From Candidatus Pacebacteria bacterium CG_4_9_14_0_2_um_filter_40_15 (GTDB taxonomy: Bacteria > Patescibacteriota > Microgenomatia > UBA1400 > PJMF01): DNA of 64,000 nt. Position 1 is the stretch's first letter, and every line of letters begins with the position of its first letter. Positions 36,155-46,082 of this stretch are shown here, in pieces. Location of the stretch: positions 131,731-195,730 of the forward strand of contig PFRS01000005.1 in the NCBI GenBank assembly GCA_002788675.1. The letters are read 5' to 3'. A program made the position numbers and the translations under genes. The notes under the pieces were generated by a model. It was not told the DNA's origin and searched no databases. It worked only from the letters and a program-made list of their open reading frames with translations.

Positions 36155-36425
36155 AGTTTGGCTGGTTCTCCATCATGGCCATCAATGACTTTTCAAATTC
36201 ACTTTTAGCAAGTGTATTTCTAGTATCTTTATACTTTTGAAATGATTGATCAGCTACAATATCGTTGACACTCTCTGAAGCTGTAGCAAATTCAAATGAA
36301 ATTTGTAATCTGAAGCCATTAATTTTATCACTTAACTCTCGAGAAGAAGATGAAACAAGGTTATACCCATACAACAGGGTACATAAGAGTAGAAGAATAT
36401 AATAATACGTGAGTATTTTTTTCAT
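36132..36425 (-). CDS. Small secreted hypothetical protein
   Basis: Signal-peptide-like N-terminus 'ILLLLCTLLYGYNL'. Confidence 0.3.
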   Translation of the reverse strand: MKKILTYYYILLLLCTLLYGYNLVSSSSRELSDKINGFRLQISFEFATASESVNDIVADQSFQKYKDTRNTLAKSEFEKSLMAMMENQPNYDQIRYE

Positions 36426-36528
36426 GTACCTGTCATCTTAGCTTAATTAGAAATCAAAGTACAACAAAAATAGCATCATTCACAAGAAGAGCATTTGTAC
36501 TTTTAATTAGCTATTAGCACTACAAATA

Positions 36529-37026
36529 TTATAAATATCTTGCATCATATGCCCAATGAAGCAATGCTTGTCGCTGACGAGGTCGACAACTGCTGTCTCC
36601 CTTGGTGCAATTTTTTTGTACTTGAGCCACATGCCGACTCATCGCCTTCCACCGCTTAATCTGTCGATCATCATCTGTTGATCTTCTACCCATGTAGTAC
36701 CGACAGTACCATTGAAACCAGCCTCTTGGATCATTAGGATGAATCCAGCCTTTTTCCTGCCAAACTAAAAGACTTTGGCTAGCATCAACTTTGAAGTAAT
36801 TTAACTTGGGATCTTTCTTAGATGAAAGCTTTGCATGAGTAAACCAATCGCTGGGAAATTCAGCTCGGCTGTCGTTCATGTATTTGCCACCAAAAATGCC
36901 CAGTACAAGCATTTGCTGAGGTGTTAATTCTGGTAAGAAGTCAGGCTCAAAGTTCGCTCCTTTATCCTCAGTTAAATAGTACACATAGTTACTTTGGAAC
37001 CTGTCATGTACCGTTATTTTTTTCAT
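36529..37026 (-). CDS. Hypothetical conserved protein (W/R-rich 'GWFQWYCRYYMGRR' motif)
   Basis: 165-aa ORF; motif not assignable to a family from memory. Confidence 0.35.
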   Translation of the reverse strand: MKKITVHDRFQSNYVYYLTEDKGANFEPDFLPELTPQQMLVLGIFGGKYMNDSRAEFPSDWFTHAKLSSKKDPKLNYFKVDASQSLLVWQEKGWIHPNDPRGWFQWYCRYYMGRRSTDDDRQIKRWKAMSRHVAQVQKNCTKGDSSCRPRQRQALLHWAYDARYL

Positions 37027-37064
37027 TTTATGTGTAATTTTATCTTAATCGCGTAAGCAACAAT

Positions 37065-39458
37065 CTACACCACAGGCTGCAAATGATGGTACGGTAACTT
37101 GTCTTTATATCGTTTAATTGCTAAAAGCAAGATTTGTTCAATAAAATCCTCATAACTCATACCTGTTAGTTTCGCAACGGAAGGCACACAATCTGGAATA
37201 TTGATTGAAGGATTTGGATTTAGCTCTAACACGTGAGGATTTCCATTCCTATCCAACTTTATTTCAACTCTCCCATAATCGTGACATCCTAAAATATTGT
37301 AGGTATCCAAGGCAATTTCAGAAATTAATGAAAGTAATTTTTTGCTCACATTCTTTGGTGGACGCTGCACTTCAACATTTCCATGGTCAGATGCACTCCA
37401 TTTTGAGTCGAAAGAATAGATATTCCATTTTTTGGGATCATCATGCTTGAAAATACTGCGAGAAAGTGGAAGTACTCTCACATCATCTAATTCAGAGCCG
37501 AAAATGGACACATCGTACTCGTCCCCGTCGAGATATTCTTCTATTAAAGCTGGTCTCTGCAATTCCTCAGTCACATATTTAATTTGTGCTTTTAATTCTT
37601 CAGCGTTTTTGACTACAGATTGCTGAGTGATTCCAATTGAGTTGTCTGTGTTTGCTGGTTTCACGATGAGTGGGTACTCGAGCTCTTCATCAACGGCTTC
37701 ATCAACCGAATAGACATAGTCCCATTTTGCAGTTGGAATTTCATGATAAGTGAGCATCTTTTTAACTCTGATCTTATCCAAACATAATCCTAATGTGAAT
37801 GGACTTGATCCGGTATATGGAATTTGAAATATATCAAGTAAACTTGCAACGTGAGGTTCAAGTAAACTTGAATTGTTTAATCTCTCTGCCACATTAAAAA
37901 CAAAATCAATTTTACCTTGTTGCAGAATTGAAATACTTTTACCAATATCATTAAAATCTATAAAAATAGTTTTATAGCCTTTTGATTCAAGCGCCTTTTG
38001 AATATTTTTACCAACATTTGTTAGCTCAGCTTCCACACTTCCATCTTCACCAGTGTATTGATTACAGGCAATTCCAATCACTAATTTGTTATAACTACTG
38101 GCAGGCATACTATGTACTCGATCAATTTTTTTCTTGTCAAAACCTTCTGAAGATTGCAGCCAAGCAGGCGATATTGGTGACTTTCTGATTGTTTTTCCAA
38201 TTTTTGAAAGTCCCGAGAATGGCACTATTTCAAAGCTAACTTGAGCCTTTGCTTTTTGTAAATTCTCTTGAGCATCATGCGGATTATCCCCATAGGCACA
38301 AATCCATCCGAGATAATCAAAACTCAGTGGTGGTGTTAAAACTGTGTCACCCACCTCTTTAAAGAATACAAAGTCGTGTACCTTATCTTGCGCTGCAAAT
38401 GATTTTGGAAACTCCAAACTCGAAATAATGCCCGATTCTTTTTGAATAAAACAATCCGCCGCAAAGTATTTTTTAGGGTTTTCTGGCTTTGTCATTTTTG
38501 GAATATATTCACCCAAAGCGATTTTAACTGATGACTCTATCAAATCAACATTCCAAGCTTTTTTAATAAATGAGTAGTAGTATCCACCACCTAAGCGCAA
38601 ATTTATCTCGATAGGCATAGGACCATTTGAAGAGTACTTTGCTTCAAAATGAATACACCCATCTTGAATGCCAATTTTTTCTAACATTACCTCAGCCATA
38701 GACACAAGTTCTTCCTGTGCATCATCGGAAAGTAACGAAGGAAAAGTGTCTCCAGTTTCAATAAAGAATGGTTCACTTGAAGCATGGTTGTCAGTGATGG
38801 ACCAAAACTTTAGCTTACCATTTTGCAGTAGCATATCGATGTCGACTTCATCACCATCAATGTATTCTTCGACCATTATTGTTAGACCTTCATGCAAGGC
38901 AGATTCCATGGCAACTGAAACTGACGACTGAATATATGCGATAGTTTTATCTAATTGCTCAGGCTCCTCAACTTTGGTCACAAATGCACTACTGGTTCCA
39001 TAGGTTGGTTTTACTACAACTGGAAACTGAAGCTCTGATTTAGCTTTTTGTAATTCTTCAATAGTTGTAAACTTGAAAAACTTCGGTACTTGTAGACCTT
39101 CGCTTTCACAAAATTTTCTAAAAAATAACTTATTACGAGCAATTTTTGCGATTTCAAGCGGTATTCCTACAAGACCTTGTGCCGTAGCAATTTTTGAAGT
39201 CAGGAGAACATCGTCTTCCCAGAAAGTAATAACGCCGTCAATTGTATTTTTTGCGGCGTATGCTTTTACTGCAGCAAGTGACGCTGCATGATCAGTAGTA
39301 TCCGCCAAAATCCAATCGTCGACGTATGAGTCGGCCCAGTTCTTCTCACAATTAAGCACAACAATAGAAACGTCAAGCTCTTTGAGTCTCTTGAAAATGA
39401 ATTTTTTTAAAAGATTTCCCGTGTTAACTACTAAAAGTCGTTTTTGGGTATGATTCAT
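37065..39458 (-). CDS. Two-module ATP-grasp ligase: N-terminal L-amino-acid-ligase-like ATP-grasp + C-terminal D-Ala-D-Ala-ligase-like ATP-grasp
   Basis: 'VVVKPTYGTSSAFVTKV' and 'MVEEYIDGDEVDID' in the first module. 'LIVKPANTDNSIGITQ', 'LIEEYLDGDEYDVSIFG' and 'HVLELNPNPS' in the second. Confidence 0.55.
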   Translation of the reverse strand: MNHTQKRLLVVNTGNLLKKFIFKRLKELDVSIVVLNCEKNWADSYVDDWILADTTDHAASLAAVKAYAAKNTIDGVITFWEDDVLLTSKIATAQGLVGIPLEIAKIARNKLFFRKFCESEGLQVPKFFKFTTIEELQKAKSELQFPVVVKPTYGTSSAFVTKVEEPEQLDKTIAYIQSSVSVAMESALHEGLTIMVEEYIDGDEVDIDMLLQNGKLKFWSITDNHASSEPFFIETGDTFPSLLSDDAQEELVSMAEVMLEKIGIQDGCIHFEAKYSSNGPMPIEINLRLGGGYYYSFIKKAWNVDLIESSVKIALGEYIPKMTKPENPKKYFAADCFIQKESGIISSLEFPKSFAAQDKVHDFVFFKEVGDTVLTPPLSFDYLGWICAYGDNPHDAQENLQKAKAQVSFEIVPFSGLSKIGKTIRKSPISPAWLQSSEGFDKKKIDRVHSMPASSYNKLVIGIACNQYTGEDGSVEAELTNVGKNIQKALESKGYKTIFIDFNDIGKSISILQQGKIDFVFNVAERLNNSSLLEPHVASLLDIFQIPYTGSSPFTLGLCLDKIRVKKMLTYHEIPTAKWDYVYSVDEAVDEELEYPLIVKPANTDNSIGITQQSVVKNAEELKAQIKYVTEELQRPALIEEYLDGDEYDVSIFGSELDDVRVLPLSRSIFKHDDPKKWNIYSFDSKWSASDHGNVEVQRPPKNVSKKLLSLISEIALDTYNILGCHDYGRVEIKLDRNGNPHVLELNPNPSINIPDCVPSVAKLTGMSYEDFIEQILLLAIKRYKDKLPYHHLQPVV

Positions 39459-39540
39459 AGTGTAGTGTATATTTTAGGCTATACAAATCAATTTACAAGT
39501 AAGCAAATTAAGAAATGAAAATTTTTTAAAATCCTTTAGA

Positions 39541-40299
39541 TCAAACCTTTTGAGCGACTATTGCCATGAACAGTGGAAACTCTCTACGAGATCTATTTTC
39601 CATTTTTGAAGCCTTACCAACACTAGCCTTGTCTGATGCCCATTCTTCTAAATCAGTCACAACAAATCCAGCATTTTTGAGCATCTTAAAATAGTCTTGT
39701 AGTGACCGATGGAATGACCATGTTACCGCTGAACTATCTTTACCTGGCAACATATGTATAGGTATCTTAAGAGGAGACGCATATCTATTTTCCCACCTAA
39801 ACTGCTGCTTTGTTTTCTTATCTATATCCCATCCAGACTGGCGTGGAATTCTAAAAGCTGGATGATTAAGAACAATTACTAACTTTCCGCCTGTTTTAAG
39901 ATAGGCTGCAGCATTCCCCAATGCTCCCTCAGCATATTCCATATTTTGGAGCGCTAATACAATTGCTGCATGGCTAAAAATGGGCTCAGCAGCTTGAAGT
40001 TCTCTAGTAACGTCAAATACTTGAAAAGAATAATTCTTGGGACTTGGAATTGCTTTTGCTGCTTCAATTAATGATTTTGATCTATCAATACCTAAGTATG
40101 CAGAAACTGGGGCTATGACCCGGCTTAAAATCCCTTGACCACACCCAAGATCTAACAGACTGTTTTCAGGTTGTAAATCAAGTAAACGTAACAAACCAGG
40201 CAGTACCACATGCTGGTGATAGTAATGACCTTCAGAACCAACAAGTTTGTCATACCAAGCTGCAACATTTTGCCATGAGGTAGATTGTGTATCTTTCAT
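39541..40299 (-). CDS. Class I SAM-dependent methyltransferase
   Basis: Motif I 'LLDLGCGQGILS'. Confidence 0.6.
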   Translation of the reverse strand: MKDTQSTSWQNVAAWYDKLVGSEGHYYHQHVVLPGLLRLLDLQPENSLLDLGCGQGILSRVIAPVSAYLGIDRSKSLIEAAKAIPSPKNYSFQVFDVTRELQAAEPIFSHAAIVLALQNMEYAEGALGNAAAYLKTGGKLVIVLNHPAFRIPRQSGWDIDKKTKQQFRWENRYASPLKIPIHMLPGKDSSAVTWSFHRSLQDYFKMLKNAGFVVTDLEEWASDKASVGKASKMENRSRREFPLFMAIVAQKV

Positions 40300-40328
40300 A
40301 TCCCATATTATACAACATACCCAGACAT

Positions 40329-40967
40329 TTATCTTGAGGTATCAATAATTTCAAGGGAGTCCCCTTCAACCTTAACATACTGTTGATCTGTTAGAACCAC
40401 TAAGGGGAATTGGTCAGGAGTGTAGATGAGTTTAAGTCGACTCTCCAAGTATTTTTGTTTGAATCCTTCTGATCCCCAGTGAGGAAGGAGAATAAAATTT
40501 ACAAACCCATAAGCCGTGGCATCTAATAGATTATCCGCAATATGTTCCTCACCAAGCTCCAAGAGATATTTGGGCAACTGAGGACCAGCTATGATTGAAC
40601 CAGCACTAGTGCCTATATAGATTTTTCCTTGGTTTTCAACCATGTCTTGCACAACCGGAATAAACCCAGACTTTTGAGACTGCTGAAGTAAATAAAAAGT
40701 GTTCCCACCTGAAAAATACAGTATATCTGCTGAAGCTAGCTCTTGTTCAATTTCTGATTTTGTTTTACCTGTAATTGTGTAGTCAAAAACATCAAAACCA
40801 GCATCAACCAATGACTGACGATCATCTTTTAGCCACTGTTTATCGCCATGTTCTACTTCTGCAGCCGTAAGAATAAAAGCCAAACGGTTACCTTTGCTCA
40901 GATCAATATTCTTAACCAAATGATGCGAAACAAAGTTTGTACTTGAAGTTAAAAAAAGTCGTTTCAT
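40329..40967 (-). CDS. Peptidase S51 family (dipeptidase E / cyanophycinase-like)
   Basis: 'YFSGGNTFYLL' and catalytic 'IGTSAGSIIAG' motifs. Confidence 0.55.
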   Translation of the reverse strand: MKRLFLTSSTNFVSHHLVKNIDLSKGNRLAFILTAAEVEHGDKQWLKDDRQSLVDAGFDVFDYTITGKTKSEIEQELASADILYFSGGNTFYLLQQSQKSGFIPVVQDMVENQGKIYIGTSAGSIIAGPQLPKYLLELGEEHIADNLLDATAYGFVNFILLPHWGSEGFKQKYLESRLKLIYTPDQFPLVVLTDQQYVKVEGDSLEIIDTSR

Positions 40968-41776
40968 TTGTTTTTACTTTTTGTGTTAACTTGTTTTTTA
41001 GTTTTATTTTTACTAATGAAGTACAATATATATTGTCTAGCCAAAAATACAATAATTCCAGTTGCAAAAATGACATTTACCAAACTAAACTGCCCTTGAC
41101 TCATCTCAAGAAGGACATCAATTACAACCATAAGCGTTCCATAACCAATCCCTACCAAAATAAAGATCGGTGAAGAATATGACCATGAATGTAACACTTC
41201 TACAGCAATGAATTCAAAAAGTATGCCAATAAAAAATGAGACTAAAAATAACTGTGGTGAAATAAACAATGCCAAGACAGCAAATACAAGCCAGGTGCTT
41301 TTTGAATACCTAGAGAAATTGAGTTCAGATTTATTTCGGGAAAGTATCACTCCTAAAGTGATTAAGGCAAGAACTACTAATAATGGCAATGAGATTTTTG
41401 TTGAAAGTTGCTTAACTATCAACGTAACAAATCCCCAGCCAAGTCCTGCCCAATACACGTAGCCACTCTCCGTATTATATTGCCATTTTTTTCGATAGAC
41501 TTCAGCAGTGTCAAAGAGTACATTAAGAATGCTCGCAATAATAAACAAGGCCCATTCTTCTGGTTTCGTAATAAGGATCGCAGCCCCGACTACACAAGCT
41601 ACATTAATAAGTATTGAACTAAAAAGGTACTTTTTAAATCTGTTATGAAACAGGAGCAATCCAAATGCAAAGAAAAATGAGAATATAAGCAGCTGTAGTG
41701 CTGAAAGTTCTAACATACAGTAAGTATACCAACTTTTAGACACATCAAAATATCTAAAACAGAACCCAGTACACAT
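40964..41776 (-). CDS. Polytopic membrane protein, hypothetical
   Basis: Multiple hydrophobic helices across 270 aa. Confidence 0.35.
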   Translation of the reverse strand: MCTGFCFRYFDVSKSWYTYCMLELSALQLLIFSFFFAFGLLLFHNRFKKYLFSSILINVACVVGAAILITKPEEWALFIIASILNVLFDTAEVYRKKWQYNTESGYVYWAGLGWGFVTLIVKQLSTKISLPLLVVLALITLGVILSRNKSELNFSRYSKSTWLVFAVLALFISPQLFLVSFFIGILFEFIAVEVLHSWSYSSPIFILVGIGYGTLMVVIDVLLEMSQGQFSLVNVIFATGIIVFLARQYILYFISKNKTKKQVNTKSKNK

Positions 41777-41796
41777 ATGATATTAATAGCAACCAA

Positions 41797-42762
41797 ATGA
41801 AAAAAGAAATTGACTACAACACTATCATTTCAAAAAGAAGCAGTGAAAAATCTGCTCAAATTATTGGCGCTCCAGATATCTTAATAATCCCTGACTCTCT
41901 CATTACCATTCAAAATAGCTGGGGATCTCTTTTCTTGGCTCAGAATTACACAAAAATTGATACATTTGTTATCTTTGTACATGGAGGAATACGAGTACCA
42001 ACTGGATTCGAACAGTTAATCACTCTTGATACCTTGGAAGACATTGAAAGAGTAGCAGAAACCATTCATCTCAATGCTGATCTAGGCAGTGCAACTATGG
42101 CCTCAAACTTTCTAATGCAGCTCAATGATAACCCCCAGATAGCTGTTATCTGGTATGACTTCACTCGCATTGTAGGTGATGCCAACCGCTCAGAACTTGC
42201 CGCTCAAGTTCCAGATCTCCCCTATAAAGGTGACTCTCCATGGACTAATGATGCTGCAACTTTATCTAGTAGAAAACCAATTTTACAAGCTGCACTCTAT
42301 CCATTCTTTGAAGACCTTACACTCCTTCTATCAAAGTTCCAGCCTACACTCATAACATATCCACATACCTATGACCAAACTTCTGGAGGTACTACTACTG
42401 AAGGTGCAACTGACGTACTACCTTCTGGAAAGATGCGACCAGCCGGTATGATTTTTCACAAAAACCATAGCATACAATCAAGTGAAGATTCACTTTTTTT
42501 TCCGAAAGAAGTACTCCCTATTATTCAGGAATTCTATTATAAAACATTGGCAAGCCTTTCAACTCTGAACGAAATAATTGAGATTGGTATTGATTACCCT
42601 TATCTTGCTGCGACAGGATTACCAGTTTGGATAGACACTTTTTATCAAGCTCATCATGTAATGTTTGAAGTACGCAAAGATATTTTTGCTCATATTTCTG
42701 AAAAAGACCTAGACAATCTAACTCAATTTATCTTGAAAACTCGGAACATTTTATTAAAGTGA
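41797..42762 (+). CDS. Hypothetical protein
   Basis: 321-aa ORF. Confidence 0.35.
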   Translation: MKKEIDYNTIISKRSSEKSAQIIGAPDILIIPDSLITIQNSWGSLFLAQNYTKIDTFVIFVHGGIRVPTGFEQLITLDTLEDIERVAETIHLNADLGSATMASNFLMQLNDNPQIAVIWYDFTRIVGDANRSELAAQVPDLPYKGDSPWTNDAATLSSRKPILQAALYPFFEDLTLLLSKFQPTLITYPHTYDQTSGGTTTEGATDVLPSGKMRPAGMIFHKNHSIQSSEDSLFFPKEVLPIIQEFYYKTLASLSTLNEIIEIGIDYPYLAATGLPVWIDTFYQAHHVMFEVRKDIFAHISEKDLDNLTQFILKTRNILLK

Positions 42763-42769
42763 TAATACG

Positions 42770-43618
42770 CTATTCAAATTGTATTACAAACGCAAGGTGA
42801 TCAGAAACATCATCACTTGCAACTTTTTTTTCTAAAACAACTATATCTGAGCTAGCAAAAACCATATCAACAACTGCTGTGGCGTACCCAGGATATTTTT
42901 CTAAATTCTTGTGAGCAAGATTAAAACTTGTTGTTAATTCACCACCATACACATTTATAAGGTGGTTATCAATATTTCTAATAGTTTGAGTATCTGGTTT
43001 TAAATTAAAATCTCCTGACAAGATTAGTTTCTTTTTCCCTTTAACAAGATCTACAATTCGCCTACTCATTTCTAGTCGTTCAGGACTATCTCCTCCATCC
43101 AAGCCCCAAATACCATGTAGATTACAAATAGTGTATGTAGTACCTTCAATTGCTATCTCACAGCACTGGATGTTTTTAGGATGAGTTCCGAAATCACCAG
43201 TTGGTGGATGTGCAGAAAACTCACCATAGGAAATACCAAAATCATTACTTACCGTTGATGTAATTGGATACCGTGAAAAGATTGCATTCCCTATCTCCAT
43301 TTTTCCTTGTTCACCAACAAGCATAAACTCTGGAGCAAAGTAGTACTCCCAACCCATAAAGTAATTTTTAAGAATTTCAAGTGATCTATAATTTTCAGCA
43401 AGCCCAGAATCTTTTCCATCAAATACTTCCTGCAACGAGACAACATCCGGTTGTTCACGATCAAAGAATGCAAAAATATTTTTGAAAAATAAACCTCCTT
43501 CATACAAATTTAAATTAATATGTTTAAATGACATACAAGAATTATACCAGCTCATCAGCAACGTGTATTGGTATACAATACAAATAATTATGACAAAAAT
43601 TCTACTCCTTAACGACAT
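42770..43618 (-). CDS. Endonuclease/exonuclease/phosphatase (EEP) family protein
   Basis: 'PDVVSLQEV', 'LSGDFNLKPD', 'SDHLAFVIQFE'. Confidence 0.6.
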   Translation of the reverse strand: MSLRSRIFVIIICIVYQYTLLMSWYNSCMSFKHINLNLYEGGLFFKNIFAFFDREQPDVVSLQEVFDGKDSGLAENYRSLEILKNYFMGWEYYFAPEFMLVGEQGKMEIGNAIFSRYPITSTVSNDFGISYGEFSAHPPTGDFGTHPKNIQCCEIAIEGTTYTICNLHGIWGLDGGDSPERLEMSRRIVDLVKGKKKLILSGDFNLKPDTQTIRNIDNHLINVYGGELTTSFNLAHKNLEKYPGYATAVVDMVFASSDIVVLEKKVASDDVSDHLAFVIQFE

Positions 43619-44399
43619 ACATTTAGGTATTTCTAGAAATTCAACAACTCACGGACATCTTATACGGCAAGCAAATACCCAGGCTCAAAGTACACTCGAA
43701 GCGCTGATCCCTCACTTTAATTCGCTGAATTTTGATTTAGTCGTACACCTTGGCGATGCTCTGCGAGATACCTATGATTTTGAAACCGATGCAAAAAACA
43801 TGATTTCCGCCCTCAATTTAATCAATCAGATTACTGCTCCAGCAATTCACTTACTTGGTAATCATGAACTCAACGCATTCACCAAAGAGCAAATTACCAC
43901 TCTATATAGTAGTCAAGAAATTTCGCCAGAATTTTTAGGATCAAAAAAAATAAATGATATCGATATTTCGTGGCTAGATCTGAATATTGATCAAAAAAAA
44001 ATTACGGTGCCACAAAAAACACTGTCATTTCTTAAAAATGAATCTCCCACCATTCTTTTTAGTCACTTTTCACTTATTCCCATTGATCCAAAAGGCTCCT
44101 TCTATTTTGAAAATGAGCCTGAAGGAATGTACTATGCTAATGGGCAGGACATACTAGATCAGCTTTCTGAAAAAACCACAGTGTGCATTAATGCACACGT
44201 ACATTTGTTAACACATACAGTTATCAATAACCGCCACTTTATTTCATGTCCAGCATTTTCTGAAAATATTGCAGCACAAGAATATCCACAAAATAATCCA
44301 GGTGTCTACTCAATTCTTGAAGTAACCCAAACAAACTTTTGTCTAACTTCTTACAGTGGTGACTTTTGCTTTGCAAAGCTAGAAGGTACACTCAGATAA
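43590..44399 (+). CDS. Calcineurin-like metallophosphoesterase
   Basis: 'ILLLNDIHLG', 'VVHLGDAL', 'LLGNHE'. Start taken at the ATG at 43590 rather than ORF-track 43482, which would overlap the convergent EEP gene. Confidence 0.55.
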   Translation: MTKILLLNDIHLGISRNSTTHGHLIRQANTQAQSTLEALIPHFNSLNFDLVVHLGDALRDTYDFETDAKNMISALNLINQITAPAIHLLGNHELNAFTKEQITTLYSSQEISPEFLGSKKINDIDISWLDLNIDQKKITVPQKTLSFLKNESPTILFSHFSLIPIDPKGSFYFENEPEGMYYANGQDILDQLSEKTTVCINAHVHLLTHTVINNRHFISCPAFSENIAAQEYPQNNPGVYSILEVTQTNFCLTSYSGDFCFAKLEGTLR

Positions 44400-44598
44400 T
44401 ACGACTTGAGGAATCACTTAAACTAACGTTTTAAAACCAGGAAAACAGTATAAGTATAATAGTGTATACTTATTTCCACTATTTAAACTAATTAAACTAA
44501 CTGATGCAAGTCAAATTGTTGGAGAAGTGCTTAATGAATATCCTTCTTACTTACAAAAGGCAGCAAAAAAATAATATTCTAAAAAAATAGGTCTTCTA

Positions 44599-45408
44599 TT
44601 GTCACGTTTTGAAATTCAATCACCATCAGAACCTAGTCGATTAGCAATAGAAACGCGTTGGTTACTCGCTCAGATGGCATGGTTCCTGGCTGAGAACCTA
44701 CTAAGAATAGAACCTCTCTCTGCCGAATCAATTGAGAATTTAAAAAAGGCAGATGAATTACTAACAACGCATTCAGCAGTGTTTTATATGAATCATGTGC
44801 GCAAAGCTGACATTTCAGCTGTAGCCATGGTGTTAAAATATTTGAGAAGAACAAAAAACGGAATTATCCCAGCTGGCCTCACACACTTTGATGTTGAACG
44901 AGATAAAGTTAGTGGATATTTTTACCGAGCGGTCAGACCGCTCCATGTTTCATTCTTACCTGTGCTACAAGACAGTGATACTCAAAAAAACATATATACC
45001 CCAGATGAAATAGCAATGATAAGTAATCAACTTCGAGTACTTTCACAGGAAGCAATTACTAGTCCTGGCAATATTATCGCATACACTCCTGAAGGCACCA
45101 GACACTCAGATAATATCCTTCGGCAAGCAAAAACAGGAATTGGTCGTAATGAACAGTACCATGGTCCTTTCGATACTTTTTATCTACCTGTGACTCAACT
45201 CTATCCACCATATAGTAAACGAATACGTACAACAGTTGGTGCCCCATTTTTCTTACCTGACATTCTTGATCTCGATGCTTTACCTGTGGGAGTTACTCTA
45301 GAAAAAGCAAAAAAACGTGCTCGTATCATCACAGATGCACTCATGTATGCGTTAGCGGAACAACTGCCAGAGGAAAACAGGGGCTACTACCACACAACTA
45401 CTGAATAA
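44599..45408 (+). CDS. Lysophospholipid acyltransferase (PlsC-like) family protein
   Basis: 'NHVRKAD' (HxxxxD) and 'TPEGTR' motifs. Confidence 0.5.
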   Translation: MSRFEIQSPSEPSRLAIETRWLLAQMAWFLAENLLRIEPLSAESIENLKKADELLTTHSAVFYMNHVRKADISAVAMVLKYLRRTKNGIIPAGLTHFDVERDKVSGYFYRAVRPLHVSFLPVLQDSDTQKNIYTPDEIAMISNQLRVLSQEAITSPGNIIAYTPEGTRHSDNILRQAKTGIGRNEQYHGPFDTFYLPVTQLYPPYSKRIRTTVGAPFFLPDILDLDALPVGVTLEKAKKRARIITDALMYALAEQLPEENRGYYHTTTE

Positions 45409-46078
45409 TTTTTTTAACTTGATCAAGAATAGTGTTTCTATTAACCACTGTTATACCAAATGATGTACATTGGGCTATAATTGCTGGTTCAAAAGGTTCA
45501 AATAAGAAGCCATGATCAACTTTTTTGAGCATATCAAGATCGCCTGAACTATCTCCAAAGCCTAGGGATACTTCTGTATCCTTGCTACTTTTTCGTTCCA
45601 CTGCCAGAGCCTTCTCATGTTCATTCATAAGAGCTTCAATAGTGCCTGTATACACCCCATTTTTAATTTCAACAGTAGATGCCAAACACTCCACGTCTAA
45701 GACATCTGCGCATGCTTTTACAATGGGCTGTATTGATGCTGACACAATATATATAGTAAATCCCTTGCTTTTTAAGAATTGAAATAATTCAGGAATGTGG
45801 GGATAAAACTCATCCACTGAGAAAAAATCTTTTTGCCATTTTTCAACTTCTGTAATCGACTTTCCGTTTAATACTCTTGCTGAAATTTCAATAGTTTTTT
45901 TTGAAGCATCGTTATGTGAAATTAAACGTGTTCCATATCTAAAAACAAGCAGTAGGGCTTCCAGTAAATTAAAGAAACCAATCTTTCTTTTTGGGATTAG
46001 ATATCCAAACAAAAACCGTTGCATCGATGCCCCGTTATAGACTGTTTTATCTAAATCAAAAAATGCAATTTTTTTCAT
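45398..46078 (-). CDS. HAD-superfamily hydrolase (HAD-IB / phosphoserine-phosphatase-like)
   Basis: N-terminal 'IAFFDLDKTV' DxD motif. Confidence 0.55.
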   Translation of the reverse strand: MKKIAFFDLDKTVYNGASMQRFLFGYLIPKRKIGFFNLLEALLLVFRYGTRLISHNDASKKTIEISARVLNGKSITEVEKWQKDFFSVDEFYPHIPELFQFLKSKGFTIYIVSASIQPIVKACADVLDVECLASTVEIKNGVYTGTIEALMNEHEKALAVERKSSKDTEVSLGFGDSSGDLDMLKKVDHGFLFEPFEPAIIAQCTSFGITVVNRNTILDQVKKIIQ

Positions 46079-46082
46079 GGTA

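Noticed and set aside
43482-43589. 5' extension of the metallophosphoesterase ORF (start at 43482)
   Set aside because: It would overlap the convergent EEP-family gene by ~137 bp. The ATG at 43590 yields the typical 'MTKILLLNDIHLG' N-terminus.
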